Assembly (NCBI GenBank): GCA_964016885.1
Contig: OZ024742.1
Location: 325,996,001-326,060,000, forward strand
Direction of reading: 5' to 3'
Length of the DNA stretch: 64,000 bases
DNA from: Eledone cirrhosa
Taxonomy: Eukaryota
In this document: piece after piece, positions 29,465 to 44,713 of the stretch
Numbering within the stretch: position 1 is the first letter of the stretch
Layout: each line of letters begins with the position of its first letter
Made by a program: the position numbers and the translations under genes
The notes under the pieces: model-generated
Database searches by the model: none
What the model was told of the DNA's origin: nothing
What the model saw: only the letters and a program-made list of their open reading frames with translations

Positions 29465-32400
29465 GAAAGGATAAAAAGGACGATTGATTATTCCTTCATT
29501 GCATTTATTGATAGGTGACGCGCGTTTCGCCACTGATCAGCTCAAGGTTCGATCTATATCGATCCTACCCGACTCAATAATCCGCAGCTCGACCGACCTT
29601 CCTACAATGCTATAAGAAAATGAAATACATGCTATGTGATAAAGTCAGATATTCAAGAGTTTGACAAAATGAGTTGTTTTGATTGGTGGGAAGGGTCAAG
29701 GCGATGTACTGGCCTGTAGTGTATATGGGGTGGGTGTGATGGTGAGGTGTTGGTGACAATGGGTGGTGGAGATGGGCTGTGGTATGGATGTGGTTGATTG
29801 GCCTTGGCGTGTACAGTATGTGTGGGTGTGGGTGGCATGATATGGTGGTGGTTATGGTTGCTTAGTGGGATGGGCTGTGGTATGAGGTTAGTGTATTGTC
29901 AGTAGACGGGTTGGCGTGTGTGTGGGGGTGTGGTATTGGTGCCGCTGTCTATGGTTGTGGCGTTTGTGGTGGTATGGCGTATGTATTGGTGGCGTCAAGG
30001 TCATTACCTAGATACATAGCTAGTCGCTCATCGTCTGGCAGATGCTTTGTATATACGTATACGCACACACATATAGGTATATATGTGCACACATATTGTT
30101 CTATAAACACACCCGCCACACACGGCCATATGTATATGTACACACATGTATGTGCGTGTGCGCATACGGGCACGAATATGGAGAGTGGGGGAGTATCGTT
30201 GGGGGTGGCGAACGTCGGCGATGGGGGGAAGGTGAGAGGCAGTGTAGAAGGTGCTTTACATACATACGTACACATACATATACCCATACATACATATGGG
30301 TATGGGCACCTGGACTCACACTCACGTATACAAAATATACACATACTCACTCACACACACGTATACTGAAGCACATACATAGACATACATATATATATAC
30401 ACACACACATACATATACACGCATATATATACGTAGATATGCACAGACACACACATGTACAGACAACACACATACATATACACGCATATATATACGTAGA
30501 TATGCACAGACACACACATGTACAGACAACACACATATATACACGCACATATACACATACATGCACGCACATGAGCTCACCTACACATATAGTCAGATTC
30601 ACCCATATACCTATATGTAGACGTGCACATATACACACATACATACACATACATATAGACACACACACATACACATACGCATACACATACACATATATAT
30701 ATATATACAGATACGTACCAACACATACACACATGTATACACCTGCGCTCACATGCACACACACATACAATAACTATACGTACACGCACGCACACTCCTA
30801 CGTCCGTATGTGTAAGAATACTTACACACCGACACACACGCTATTGTTGGTTGGGGAGTGGGGGTGTGCGTTGTTGGTGTTGGTGAAGTATGGAGTTGTG
30901 TTTTGTGGTGGTGGAGTTGTGAGGGACAAAAATATATATACAGGATCGAATACCGGTTAGAAGGTGTTTATGGACGTACGGTGATGTGGGTTGTGGACAT
31001 GGTGATGGTGGTGGTGCTGGGGTGATGTGTTCGACAAGATGATTACATGATCAGAGGTTACGGTGTGTTATAGGGTAACGCAGACGGGGGCTGGGGGGTC
31101 TATACTACAGTCGATCTGGGAGCGAGGGGTGATATGTGTTGATGATGTTAATGATAATGATTGTTTAGGTATTTGGATGTATCTAGTGGTGGCTGTGGAT
31201 GTGTGTGCGTGCGACAGTACAATTACAGGGTCGAATTTAGCGTGGGGTTGTAGGTTAGTGTATACAGAGGGAACATGGGGGGATAAGGTTGTGGGTGTGT
31301 ATGGTAGGCATATGACGATGTGTGGTGTGGTGGTGGTGGTGATGGTGTGATATGATCGACATTGTATTTACAAGGTCCCTTGTCATTGTGGATTGCAAGG
31401 TAGAACGTATCATAGGATACCGATCTAATACGATGTTGCAATGATGAGGTGTGTATGTTGATGTGAATTTTGGTGGTGGTGATGGTGATGCGTGCGGCAT
31501 GATATACAAATGCGGGCTTAGAAATGGTTACATGGAGTACAATACAATAAGTTCACTGAGGTGGGCGATGCTGAGACGGGGTATATGTGGTTATTAATAT
31601 GGTGTGTCATGGTTAGTGTGATTTTTGGTGTGGGTTATGTATGCGGCATGATATACAAAATACGGGCTTATATATGGTTAAATGCAATACAATGAAATAA
31701 GATAAAGTAAAGTAAGATTAGAATTAAAGTTCGTTGAGATGGGCGATGGTGATACGGGGCAGATGTGGTTATTATTATGGTGGGTCATGGTTAGCGCGTG
31801 GTCCTCCCGCAAAAGTTTGTGCAGAAAAGGTGTGCATCCTAGTGTGTCTGCAATTGACAATTATGTCCGACCTATAGTTTATGGCGGAATCAAGTTTAAT
31901 TATTTCCGCCGCCTCAACTAGGCATAATCTGCAGTGGTTTCTGTCACTGGGGATGTATGCCACGCGTCTTTTTACTGACCACGAAATCTGGGGTTCAATA
32001 TTCCTGTCCTTGAGGTCCCAGATCAGGTCGGCCAGTTTTGTTTGGGGTCGTTTCGATCTATGTTTGAAGGAGCTTCTGTGGTTATACCAGCGTTCCTTAA
32101 ACGTAGTGGATGTAGCACCTATATATGAGTACTCCTTATTGCCGGCTGCGACATCGCACCGGTAAACGATGTTCTTAACGAGGCACTCCCCGTTTAGTGG
32201 GCATTCGGCTCGTTTTTTGCAGTTGCATTTGGGTGTAACCGGTGCGGTGGCACGATGGCGGTTGGTGTCGTGCGGTGTTGGTGTGGTGTGTGTATTGTTG
32301 TGTGTGTGGTTTCGTTCTGGGTTGTGGTGGTGGTTTGTTGAGGGGAAACCATGTTTTTGTATTTTTGCCCTATTATTGTTTGTTATTGTGTGGCCTAGGT

Positions 32401-32625
32401 TTGGTGCTGTGGAGAAAGAGAATTTTACGGTGTGTTTATTGAAGAGCTTGTGGTATTTGTGTGTGTGTGGAAAAGATTGTTCGAGAGCACTGAAAAAGGT
32501 TCCCGGTATGTTAGTGGCGACGTGTATAGAATAGGGGGGGGGGTTATACCACGTGACAGGTCTACTTCGGTTTATGCGTTGTTTAGTGAGGTTTTTGTGG
32601 TTGGGTGGTAGTTTGTGTGTGTTTT
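29465..32625 (-). mobile_element. PLE 3' portion: linker + intact GIY-YIG (~31775-32600) and ~2.3-kb low-complexity 3' UTR
   Basis: Manual translation (largely missed by the ORF track): VTWYNPP..YSIHVATNI..FNKHTVKFSFS..CNCKKRAECPLNGECLVKNIVYRCDV..YSYIGATSTTFKERWYNHRSSF..CRLCLVE..CRH. GAAACGCGCGTC and AATAAA near 29505-29530. Confidence 0.85.
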
Positions 32626-32766
32626 ATATATATACAAGAGGAAGCTTAGTAAAATCGAACCTTTGGCTGTGGGCAAGCAAAGTCGACCTACAATATAAAT
32701 GAGTTAGCAAAGCACACAATAAGCGTAGGTCCTTAGAGTAATAACATACGTTTAAATAGCTTGACA

Positions 32767-32849
<83 letters not shown>

Positions 32850-33620
32850 AATATATATATATATATATATTGTTATACTTGGGGAGGGTTATATTGTTAT
32901 AATATTTCCAGAAATAATAACAGAACACACTCACTGTTTCGTTCTGGTTGGTTTTCGCTTCTGTGTCTTTTATATCTCCATAGTTAATATATTTGGCAAT
33001 CAATGTTTATCATTGATTGACCAGCGGTTAAAAATACAGATATAGATAGATATATATATAGTCTATCAAAGTTCTTTCGTCACACATCTGCGACATCCTC
33101 AGTGGTACTATTATATTCCCTCCTATTGTATTGTAATGGCTACGCCAAATATATATATATATAAAGAGTAAAGACCCCCTGGAAGGGTCCACTCCGAGGC
33201 ACAAGTCCGTGCAATGTTGTACGTAGAAGACTAGTAGTCCCCCATGCATCCCAGTCTTCCTTCTCCACGCCAACGATGTTGTCGATAGGAAAGGATACAG
33301 CTTGGCACCAGTAACGTCGCAACTCATTTCTACAGCTGTGTGAACTGGAGCAACGTGAAATAAAGTGGTATATATGCATATATTTCGATGTGATTCTATA
33401 TTTAAAAGCGCATATTTGAGGAGCTTCAGTTTCCATGGTCAGAAACGAACATAATCGATCGTTCTTCGAGCTGATTGGCAGTGAAACATATGTAATGTGA
33501 TTAAATATATACATGATGCAACACTGATTATTTGTTCCCTATTTATTATTATTACACACACACATATATACACGCACATACACATACACACACACATACA
33601 CATACACACACACACACACT

Positions 33621-33719
<99 letters not shown>

Positions 33720-34299
33720 ATACTTGTATACATATCTGACACCTATATACATACTTACCTTACATACAGACATCTAAAGACGCATACTTTTGTTTGAGCA
33801 CGTCTATGTATGCATGTTGGAGTGAGAGTATTTGAAAATAACTGAATGGAAATATACGAATATTCGGAAACAAAGGAATGAGTTGGTCTCAACCTAGAAA
33901 ATGAGGTATACAAAATACGCAACCAAATGAAAACATTATCAAAACACATTCCCAAACGAAAGAACGCGAGAGTACTGTAAATATTTGAGGAGTAAAAGTT
34001 TAGCTGACACATGAGACCAAATGAGGTGAAGTGAACATATGACTTTACATAAAAATTCAGAAATGTCAACAGACAAATTAAAAGTTAAAATTCACATAAA
34101 CTTAAAACACCAAAACTTTGAGGCCGAAATTAAATTACTTCCCTTCAAAGTTCCGAAATTTCAGAACATGTACACATGCGGGCCTTCCATATATTAAAAA
34201 AAATAAACAAACATATCAGTGGTGACACAGGTGAACAGATTCTTGACTTGTGGAGACATAACACTACCAGAGACGAAATTACATCCAAGAAGATTTTGG

Positions 34300-36250
34300 A
34301 GTAAAATATTTATGGCTACATGAATATGAATACACCTATGTGAAACAACCATTAAATCCTAAAACCGAATCCTTAAGAAGACTTCAGCACTTACACATCT
34401 AAAGCTATGTCTAATCATTGCCAATAGAGCATCAAGCTTGCATCGCCTGAGCAACCTATTAGAAATGATATTAAACCCGTTATTTAAATGATACAAGCTT
34501 CATCTCAAAAGCATACCAAGAAAAGTTTCTAATTAACTCTGATGTAATAACTCTGAATACGAATACCCCACATAATTTCGGATTAGGCATTGATGCTGTA
34601 GACGTCTGTGTGGAAATACACCCAAACCTCATGCCAGAATGTTTTTCAAACGATTTTATTTTAGAAGGACTTTAACATCTGAAACTACTTCGCATTTTCT
34701 TATTCTAAATATACTCCGCCACTCCTATGTGGAAAAAGTTGGTTGACTGCTTGAATTGAATTGCATCAATGTTTACTTTAAGTATATATATATATATATA
34801 AAAGCAGAAGGGATATTCAATTTGTTGGTAATTCAACAAATATGACTGGATAACTTGAACCGTTAAGGTATATTCCCCTTGGTTATGTCAACATTTATAA
34901 AACACACTTCGTATTTTATCTGATGATAGCGTACCAAAATGTTGGTACCCTTGAAATATATCTAATAGAATAAATATGGTTTTATAAATATAGTTTCCAT
35001 TTATTTAATATCATTATATATATATATAAATATATATATACACACACACACATATATATACACACACATATATATATATATTCATCTTCAAATTTATTAT
35101 TATTACTACTCTATCTACAAATAAGAGGGATGTCCATGGGTGGGCGCAAACCTATCTCACAATAGATGCAGCACGTGTGATAGGTCTCTTAGAAGAATTG
35201 CTATTTTACCAATAACTGTAAATATTTAATCACGATTTTACCGTCTATATATAGGGTAACTGAAAACGGTACTTGGAAGATTGATTCATATTTTGGAATA
35301 GAAGCCAGAACGATCTACATATAGTCATTTACGTTTTAAACAGGCTACATAAGTCAACACAGTTCAAATTGAAATGTCATGCAAAGGAGGAGCAGTTTTT
35401 AGACATTGTAATTATCAATGAACAAAATAATATTTCAATAGATATTTCTTATAAGCAAACACATACACATTATTATTTGGACGTCAATTTTCCCCATCTT
35501 TCAGATAAGTAAAGGAACGTTCCATTCAAGACGGCAAGACATTTTTGCATCGTAGTAACTGACACCACCATGTTTGAAAATATGATTACAACAATTGAAA
35601 GTGTTTCTCTGTGAAACTTATTAATACGGTTACTTTCAAAGCTGGAAATATACCAATAATAGGACACAGAAGGAAACAAAAACAGAACAATGAACATGCG
35701 ATTATTCACTTTATTATTACTCATCTTCCTATGAACAATAATATTCTAAGTGCTGCTAATATATATCCTCCGCTTATTCAACCGCCAGTAAAATAAATGA
35801 AAATCACATAATGTACAGTAGAGGCAGAAACACAGTCTAACATAGGGAAGATTCATGCCAGAAGTGGAAATATTGCGGATTCAAAATTGTGTTGACTTTC
35901 TATGTGGGATATGTGTATATATTGAAGAGAGGAGGAAACGAATTAATTTTAAAAACTACGAATTTGAAGTTGTAAATCAAGAAATTTTGATTTGCTATTT
36001 GCCCCCATTGCAAAGAATATTATATTGCAAAACATGGATTCTATATCACAATAAGAGACCATGAACATCAAAGAAGGAAACAATTCGTCAGAAAGGCAAC
36101 ACGCAGAGGACACGTTAAAAGTATAAATTAGAACGATTTTTCAATATTTCCGATCTTTAAGATATGAATGGGAAATGAATATATTCGGAAATACAAAGAC
36201 ATTTTTATTATAATATACAATCAGAAACTGAATATGGAAAAAAATATGTT
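34300..36250 (+). mobile_element. Highly decayed PLE RT/EN, interrupted by a family C HHR insert (34785-35015)
   Basis: Remnants such as GMSMG, KRYLED, FLDIVII, IDISYKQTHT, NVPFKTARH; many stops. Confidence 0.55.
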
Positions 36251-36269
36251 CATGTAATTCCAACGACAC

Positions 36270-36455
36270 ATAATTGTTTCTATTTTTTTGTCACAAGGAC
36301 AGCAATTACAAAGTGCATTACTGGTACTTTATTTTATCTACCCCGTAAGGATGAAAGGCAAAGTTAACCTTAGCGGGATTTGAACTCAGACCGTAAAGGG
36401 ACGTAACTGTGCTGGAAAGCATGGCGTCTGACCTCTTACTGATACTGCCAATCCC
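36270..36455 (-). mobile_element. S1 SINE with 15-bp TSD
   Basis: CCAACGACA(C/T)ATAAT at 36260-36274 and 36456-36470. Confidence 0.88.
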
Positions 36456-36668
36456 CCAACGACATATAATGACATCAGAAATATAGCGTCTACAGGACTG
36501 AAATAGAGGTTGAGGACACATGAAATTTTGAAACATTTCATAGTGGGAGAAAGGAACACTCTTTGGAAGAATCATTCCTCCAAAATATATATGCACAAGT
36601 GTGTGTGTATGTATGTACATATGTACATATGTATGTATGTATGAACATATGTATCAGTAATGACGGTA

Positions 36669-36702
<34 letters not shown>

Positions 36703-36839
36703 AAGTGAGTAGAGTAGCGTGTGTGTGTGTTTGTTTGTATGTATGAGTGTTGCTGTGTGCGAGCATATGTATGCGTGTGTGTGTATGTCGTACGTATAAG
36801 TGTCAATAAGTGAGTTTTTTTGTTGTTTTTTTGCGCGCG

Positions 36840-39800
36840 GGGACATAGAAATAATCGGGCTGGATGCCCGATCGCGAAGTTAAACCACTGGGAGTGAAGA
36901 ACCCCTAGCCCTTGTTAGGGCATTCTTCTAGGAGAAGGCATCTCAGGAAACTGGGTTAACTCCGACATAATACCTGCGGCTCAGTAGTTACCGATGATGT
37001 TGATCTTTTCTTCTTTTCGGGTTATAGCTACTGTCGCTCAGAGAGTGGGATTGGCTCAGTGCACAGTCTTTCCTCACTTTAAAAATATTCGTCACCCACA
37101 GGCATTGCACGAGTGCATTAATAATTATTAATAGTGTACTATTATTATTATTATTATTATTATTACTATTATTATTACTTTTTTTTTTTTTTTTTTTCTC
37201 AAATTCAATGATGTTCCAGAACAATATAAAAGAGATAATTGGCAATTTAGGTTCTGGAACAAAAAAGATCATTGGCAATAAGGGCAGGGGCCCCAGGTTA
37301 TCACAGCCTGGGCCCACTCGTCATCGTGCCATTGTAATAGAGCCAAACAAGGCATTTAGTCTTGACTGCTGGAACGTACGGACGCTGCTTGACAGGGATT
37401 CCTTGGGGCGTCCTGAACGATGTTACGATCTTGACATCGTGGCTTTATCTGAGACGAGGCTAGCTGAAGATGGTCATCTTACGGAATTTTGTGGAGAATA
37501 TACATTCTTCTGGAAAGGAAGAGATGAAGGAACCAGAAGAGTGGCTGGGGTAGGATTTGCTGTTAAGGTGACTTTAATGCTAGAGTGGGTAGGGATTTTA
37601 ACACATGGAATGTAATCGTAAGGCATGGGGTGGGAAAGTGTAACAGCAATGGTATGCTCCTGCTGCAGATGTGTGAGGAGCTGGATCTGTGTGTTACCAA
37701 CACCATGTTCCAACAAAAGAACAAGTTCAAGACCACATGGATGCATCCTGCATCTAAGGAATGGCATCTTTTGGACTACGTCCTAGTCAGGATGCGTGAC
37801 AGACAGGATGTGCAGTGTGTTCGTGTTCTTCGTGGAGCTGAGTGCTGGGCGGACCACCGCCTTGTACGCGCAAAAGTGGAACTAATCACTAAACGTAAAA
37901 TCCGGGTGTTGCCCTGCCCAAAAGATTAAATGCTGCTCGTCTTAAGGCTAAAAATGTGAAGAGGATATTGGAAGAAGAGATGCAGGCTTCATATCTTGGT
38001 GAGGATTGGCCGACTCTTAAAAAGTCGGTTTATGATGTAGGCAGGCGTGTTCTGGGATTAGCGCAGAGGAAAGATCAGAACTGGTTTGATGAGAATGATG
38101 TACATATAGAAGACTTGTTGACTGATAAGAGTCGTGCTCTGTCACGCTACTTGACGGCAAAACCACAGGAGAGGAATACGTTGCATGAGGAATTCAGGGA
38201 TGTAAAAATCACGTTTTAGGCGGAGTCTTTCTCAGATGAAGGATCAGTGGTGGAGTGAGAAGGCTGGTGAGATACAAACTGCGTCTGATTCCAATAACAC
38301 AAAGCTGTTGTACAGTCTCTTGCGTGAGTTTTATGGACCGTCTTCTTCTCTGGTGACACTGCTTCGCAGCAAGGATGGCAAATAACTTCTTCGTGACTCA
38401 CAAGGAATTCTATGAAGGTGGCGAGTGCACTTTGATGATATTTTGAATCAGCCGTCTGTCGTCAGTGAAGATTTCCTCAATCTCATTCCAGAAAGTCCTG
38501 TGAAGGTAGCTCTCGCAGAACCTCCGACGCTTGTGGAGGTTGCAGTGGCTATTTCGAAGCTGAACAGTGGAAGATCTCCAGGTATGGATGGCATACATGC
38601 TGAGCTCCTACAATATGGTGGTGAGAAACTCCTGCAACATCTTCACTCTTTGTTTGGCAGGATATGGGCTAATGAATCCGTACCTGAGGACTGGAGAGAT
38701 GCAGTAATGGTGGTCTTGTACAAGGGAAAGGGTAACAGGAACGATTGTGGGAACTACAGAGGTATATCATTGCTCTCTGTCGTAGGGAAAGTGTTATGTA
38801 GGGTGCTTCTGGACCGTCTGCTGACACACATTGCAGATTGTGTTCTTCCTGAAAGTCAATCTGGTTTTCGTGCTGGACGCGGACCTACTGATATGATCTT
38901 CTCCGCTAGACAGCTCCAGGAGAAGTGCATGGAACAAGGCTTGGATCTGTATCAGGATTTTGTCGATCTGACAAAAGCTTTCGATACTGTTAACAGAGAT
39001 GCATTATGGAAGGTTCTCTAGAAACTTGGTTGCCCTCATAAGTTCCTTGCTTTAGTTAGGTCTTTCCATGAAGACATGAAGGCTTGGGTTAATGCCGGGG
39101 TAACATGTTGGAGCCTATCTCATTAAAAAAGGAGTGAAACAGGGGGATATTCCAGCACCGACCCTGTTTGCCATATACTTTGCAATGGTTTTCTGTATTG
39201 CATTCAGGAATTGCGAGCATGGTGTTTACATCCGATATCGAACCTCAGGCGCTTTGCTGCGAAGACAAAAGTATTTATATCAATCATAAGAGACCTCTTG
39301 TATGCAGATGATTACGATCTTGTAGCGCACACAGAGAGTGATATGCAGCACATTTTGAATGCATTTTCTGACGCTTGCACTGCCCTAGGTCTGACTGTCA
39401 GTCTCAAGAAAACCATCGTCATGTACCAACCTGCCCCTGGTAAGCAGTACACTGAACCAAACATCCATGTGTATGGCAAACGACTTGGAGTGGTTGATCA
39501 GTTTTTCTACCTGGGAAGCACTGTCAATCGATACAGCAACCTTGACAGTGAAATCTCACTTAGGATTAGGAAAGCAAGTGATGCTTTCGGAAAGCTAGAA
39601 AGGCGACTCTGGGGTCGGCGAGACATATGCAGGAGGACAAAGGTAAAGGTGTACAGGGCATGTGTGCTCTCTTGTCTTCTTTATGCCTGCGAGACCTGGG
39701 TCACATATCGACACCACCTTAAGCAATTGGAGCGTTTCCATCAGATGTGTCTCAGACGGATCCATGGCGTTCACTGGAGAGACCACATCAGTGATGTCGA

Positions 39801-40632
39801 GATTTTGGAAAGCTCTATGTGTGACAGTATAGAAGCTCTTGTGCTTAAGCAACGACTCCGTTGGAGTGGTCACCTTGCCAGGATGAAGGATTCTAGAATA
39901 CCAAAACAACTCTTTTATGGAGAGTTGGTTAAAGGAAAACGACCGCCACATAAACCAAAAAAGAGGTATAAGGATTCCTTGAAAGCCTCTCTGAAAGACG
40001 GTAACATCTCTGCTGATACATGGGAGAATATTGCTGCTGATCGTAATAAATGGAGAAAGATTGTATATGAGGGAAAAGTTGCCTTTGAGGCATCTCGAAT
40101 CGATCGCATACGAGAAATCGCATCCTTCCAGACGGCGAGGGTCCTCCTATGGTGCTGACATGCAGCGTATGTGCGAGACTCTGCCTAAGCAAAGCTGGAC
40201 TAGAAAGTCATCTTCGCAGTCCTAAAGTAAGACCAGTGGTTGACTACCAGGCTGCTGTTGGAGATGCTACTCATCATGCTTGCCAAACATGAGGTAGAGA
40301 ATGTAAATCAGCAAGAGGGCTCAAGCGACATGCAAAAGTACACGAACTCCAACCACAGCCGACTATTCCTAGTAAATGTTTTGGTTGCCGACTCTGTGCA
40401 CGACATTTTAGATCATTGGCTGGGCTAAAAAGCCACATTCGATCGCAGCGCTGTTAGTTGCTATCGTGTGTGTGTGTGTGTGTGTGTGTAGATATGCTTA
40501 TGTGTGTGCGTGTGTGTGTATATATATATGTATATGTATATTATTATTGTTGTTGTCGTTATTATTATTGTTGTTATTATTATTATTATTATTATTATTG
40601 TTATTAATGTATGTGTGTGTATATGTGTGTCT

Positions 40633-40728
<96 letters not shown>

Positions 40729-40830
40729 TTCTTTTTTTTTTATTTTCTTTTTATTTATTTATTATTTATTTTTTTTCTTCCTCCTCGTGCAATGGCCATA
40801 CTCGATAACGAGGGGGCAGCCATCATCATC
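36840..40830 (+). mobile_element. RTE-clade LINE, near full length, decayed; 3' end split by microsatellites (40466-40780)
   Basis: APE ([39 protein letters not shown]) and RT (SPGMDGI, GNYRGISLLS, FVDLTKAFDTVNR, LLYADD). 3' hairpin CTCG-ATAA-CGAG followed by (CAT)n. Confidence 0.92.
40149..40457 (+). pseudogene. Three tandem C2H2-type zinc fingers at the RTE ORF C-terminus
   Basis: Manual translation: CSVCARLCLSKAGLESHLRS / CQT*GRECKSARGLKRHAKVH / CRLCARHFRSLAGLKSHIRS. Confidence 0.8.
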
Positions 40831-40869
40831 ATGTATGTATGTATGTATGTATGTATGTACATATGTATG

Positions 40870-41322
40870 TATGTCAAAGGGCAAAGGAGCTCTTAAGAGT
40901 CAATGGCCATCCAAAATCACCGGGAGAGATGACCCCTTAGCCTTTGTCAAGGCAGAATTCTAGGAGAAGGAAAACTCTGATATAACACCTGCAACCCTGA
41001 TGGTATCCAATGATGTTGACTTGTTCTTCTTTTTGGTAAATATCATCTTGGTTAAGAGAGTGGGACTGGCTTTGTGCAGTGCCTTTGCTCACTATAAAAG
41101 CTTCACGGCACAGGCATTGCTTTATATCTAGAGATCTCTCTGCACTTGTCATCACATGGAACCATGGGCCCAGCACTATGTGTCAATAATTGTGTAATGT
41201 TTGTACCAGAGTTTTCAAGTCTCTGGCTGGACTAAAAAGCCCCACTTGTTCAGCGCATCGGTAGGGGTTCTCCTACATGGATATAAAGTAGTGGCCGTAC
41301 TCGAAAACGAGTTGGCAGCCAC
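40870..41322 (+). mobile_element. Bipartite non-autonomous RTE derivative (5' UTR fused to last zinc finger + 3' hairpin)
   Basis: 40930-41120 resembles 36900-37110. 41190-41250 encodes CNVCTRVFKSLAGLKS. Ends CTCG-AAAA-CGAG-TTGGCAGCCACC. ATGT repeats on both flanks. Confidence 0.72.
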
Positions 41323-41731
41323 CATGTATCTATGTAAGCATTCTATGCATATATGCATGAATGTGTGTATGTGTGTATATATGTATGCATGTATATATGT
41401 TTCTACATATGTATTTAATCTATTTAAATGTTCGTGCGATCTATTCCCAGTGGTATATTGTGCCCTTAAGAGTTATTTCCCGTTGCTCCAGTCAATTCGG
41501 TTGGTAAGATCGAGTTGTTCCCTTAATTCAAATTAGCAGCCTTGTCAGATTCTGTGCAGCACTGAATGTCATAGAGAATTGAGTTAAGCGTGCAGGTGTC
41601 TGTGGGAGTTCAGCCACGTACAAGATCATTTCACGATTAGACTGTCCCTTCGTCGAATAATTGGTACAAGCGTCTTCAAAATCGATCCGGTCCAACACAC
41701 GCATGTATATGTAAGTGTATATCTTATACAA

Positions 41732-41789
<58 letters not shown>

Positions 41790-41830
41790 CGTTTCTGAAT
41801 TTGTTTATATATAACAATATATATATATAC

Positions 41831-42565
<735 letters not shown>

Positions 42566-43446
42566 GTATATATATTTATATATACATGTGTATATTTATA
42601 TAAAATGTATGAGTGTGTAAATGTGTGTATGTGTATATTTGTATATATGTGTGTCACTATTAAAACATTTTTTTCTTCATGACTACTCCTTTTAAACATC
42701 TGGCTCATATCGTTTTGTTTGCAATTTATCCTCAATTGATTTAGTTTGCTTTGCACATTTTCCGAAACGTAACCTACTATGACTAAAAATTGAAGTTTTG
42801 ATATTATCGATGGTATATTATTACAGGTAAAGTCTAAGGAGAGTGCATCTCTTTTTTCGGGATGATTGTAGTGAATTGTTATATAGCGCAGTAAAATAGA
42901 TTTTGGAACCAATTTATTCGGGAAATCAACGTTTAGCCTGAAGTTAATCGACTGCCCATTAAATCGTTTTTCTAGTTATGTATTTATATTTCATACAATC
43001 TTTCCAATATGTACACATCATTGTTTTACCAACGTAGCTTTCTTGAATTAATTATCTCATAAAGATACACCATTTTTACTGGAAAGGTCAGGAAACATAA
43101 CAGTGAATCGAAAGAGAAAGTAAAACATCCTGATAGCATTTCAATGTGAAGATATATTTTGTTGCTCTGTTTGCTAAACATAAAAAATATATCCTTCAGA
43201 TTGTTAAGCTTATAATTGCAATATCATCGTCATGACAGCAAACGTCAGCAAGTGACAAAGAAGGGAACCTAGGTTGTTTGATGATGAAGACATTGAGTAG
43301 AGGACAAGCCAATCACGGTATATATACAGATTGTGTTGGTTGGGGTTTTAAACAAAAACTAATTATAAATTATACAATTAGCCACATTTAAGAAGTTATA
43401 TTGAAATTGGATTATTTTAGTTTGTTCTATAATTTTGGAATGAACC

Positions 43447-43555
<109 letters not shown>

Positions 43556-43559
43556 CAAT

Positions 43560-43908
43560 ATAATAATAAATGGAAACTATATTTATAAAACCATAATTAT
43601 TTCATTATATATATTTCAAGGGCGACCAAGTTACGCTTTCATCAGATAAAATACAGATTTGTTTTATAAATAAATATTGACATACCCGGAAAAAGGACAA
43701 CCTCAACGGTTGAAATTCGCTGGCTAGTGGAGATAATTGAGGGTGATAATTTGCCTTGGTCGCCCTTGAAATAAATAATTATGATTTTATAAATATAGTT
43801 TCCATTTATTAATATATTGTATATTTATTCGACTAACTTGCTGAGTGGTTTATATCAGTTATAAACATTTTTAAGCTTGTTGAATCCCAACAAATTAAAT
43901 TTAACCTC

Positions 43909-43912
<4 letters not shown>
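43560..43912. mobile_element. Fold-back mini element, family C (HHR at 43598-43653 minus); related pieces at 47280-47675 and 48625-48742
   Basis: Minus strand reads TATTTTAT CTGATGA AAGCG...CGCCCTT GAAA TATATA TA ATGAAATA. Arms 43566-43630 / 43756-43810, tail on the right, TA flanks. Confidence 0.78.
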
Positions 43913-43950
<38 letters not shown>

Positions 43951-43955
<5 letters not shown>

Positions 43956-44395
43956 TATGAAGAGAGAAGAAACATTTAGATATAATTAGTAATAAAATGT
44001 ATCATACCTAAACTGTTCCTAGATTCCTCGACTACGTAGTTTCGTGGCATAAACAAAAACAATACTTTCTCACGTCGTGTAGACGCTTTTTGAGGCTAGT
44101 AAAATGAGGTATCCTCTTGATAAGTCGGCAGACCTAGCAAGGACTCTATATCTTTATGATGTATTGTTTTTGTTTATGCCACGAAACTACGTAGTCGAGG
44201 AATCTAGGAACAGTTTAGGTATGATCCATTTTATTACTAATTATATCTAAATGTTTCTTCTCTCTTCATAATGTATTTTTAACTCTGATACTGGTTCAGT
44301 CTAGTTCAACCGGATTTGTCTGTCCCAGTCATTCATTGAGCAACATCGGTGAGGTTGGCACCCTTAACTCACGGTTGGGTGTAGATGCATTCATG
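43951..44395. mobile_element. Fold-back mini element (arms 43951-44065 / 44161-44275, right tail)
   Basis: 115-bp inverted arms containing GAAAC-TACGTA-GTC (palindromic stem III of an HHR). Confidence 0.75.
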
Positions 44396-44432
44396 TATAT
44401 GTGTGTGTCCGCATGTATCTGTGTGTTTCTAA

Positions 44433-44484
<52 letters not shown>

Positions 44485-44485
<1 letters not shown>

Positions 44486-44673
44486 CAAAGGAATTGTGTT
44501 AAGGAACCAGATGGACCATAACGCGCCAGAGTACTCAATACTTAGTGTAGTAGATTGGGAGTTAGGAAAAAGTATGACCCCGACGGCAGAGCTCAAGCCG
44601 TTTCGACGGCTATTTCTGAGTCCAGAAATAGCCGTCGAAACGCTTGAGCTCTGTCGTCGGGGTCATACTTTTT

Positions 44674-44677
<4 letters not shown>
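44485..44677. mobile_element. Fold-back mini element (hairpin 44563-44677, left tail) between (TA)n arrays
   Basis: ~56-bp near-perfect arms around a 4-nt loop; contains GAAAC. Confidence 0.7.

Positions 44678-44713
<36 letters not shown>

Noticed and set aside
40290-40292. TGA at a Cys position (possible selenocysteine)
   Set aside because: The element has many other stops and frameshifts, so one substitution from TGY explains it. No SECIS was recognised, and the PLE Cys codons I checked (32160-32235) are ordinary TGC.
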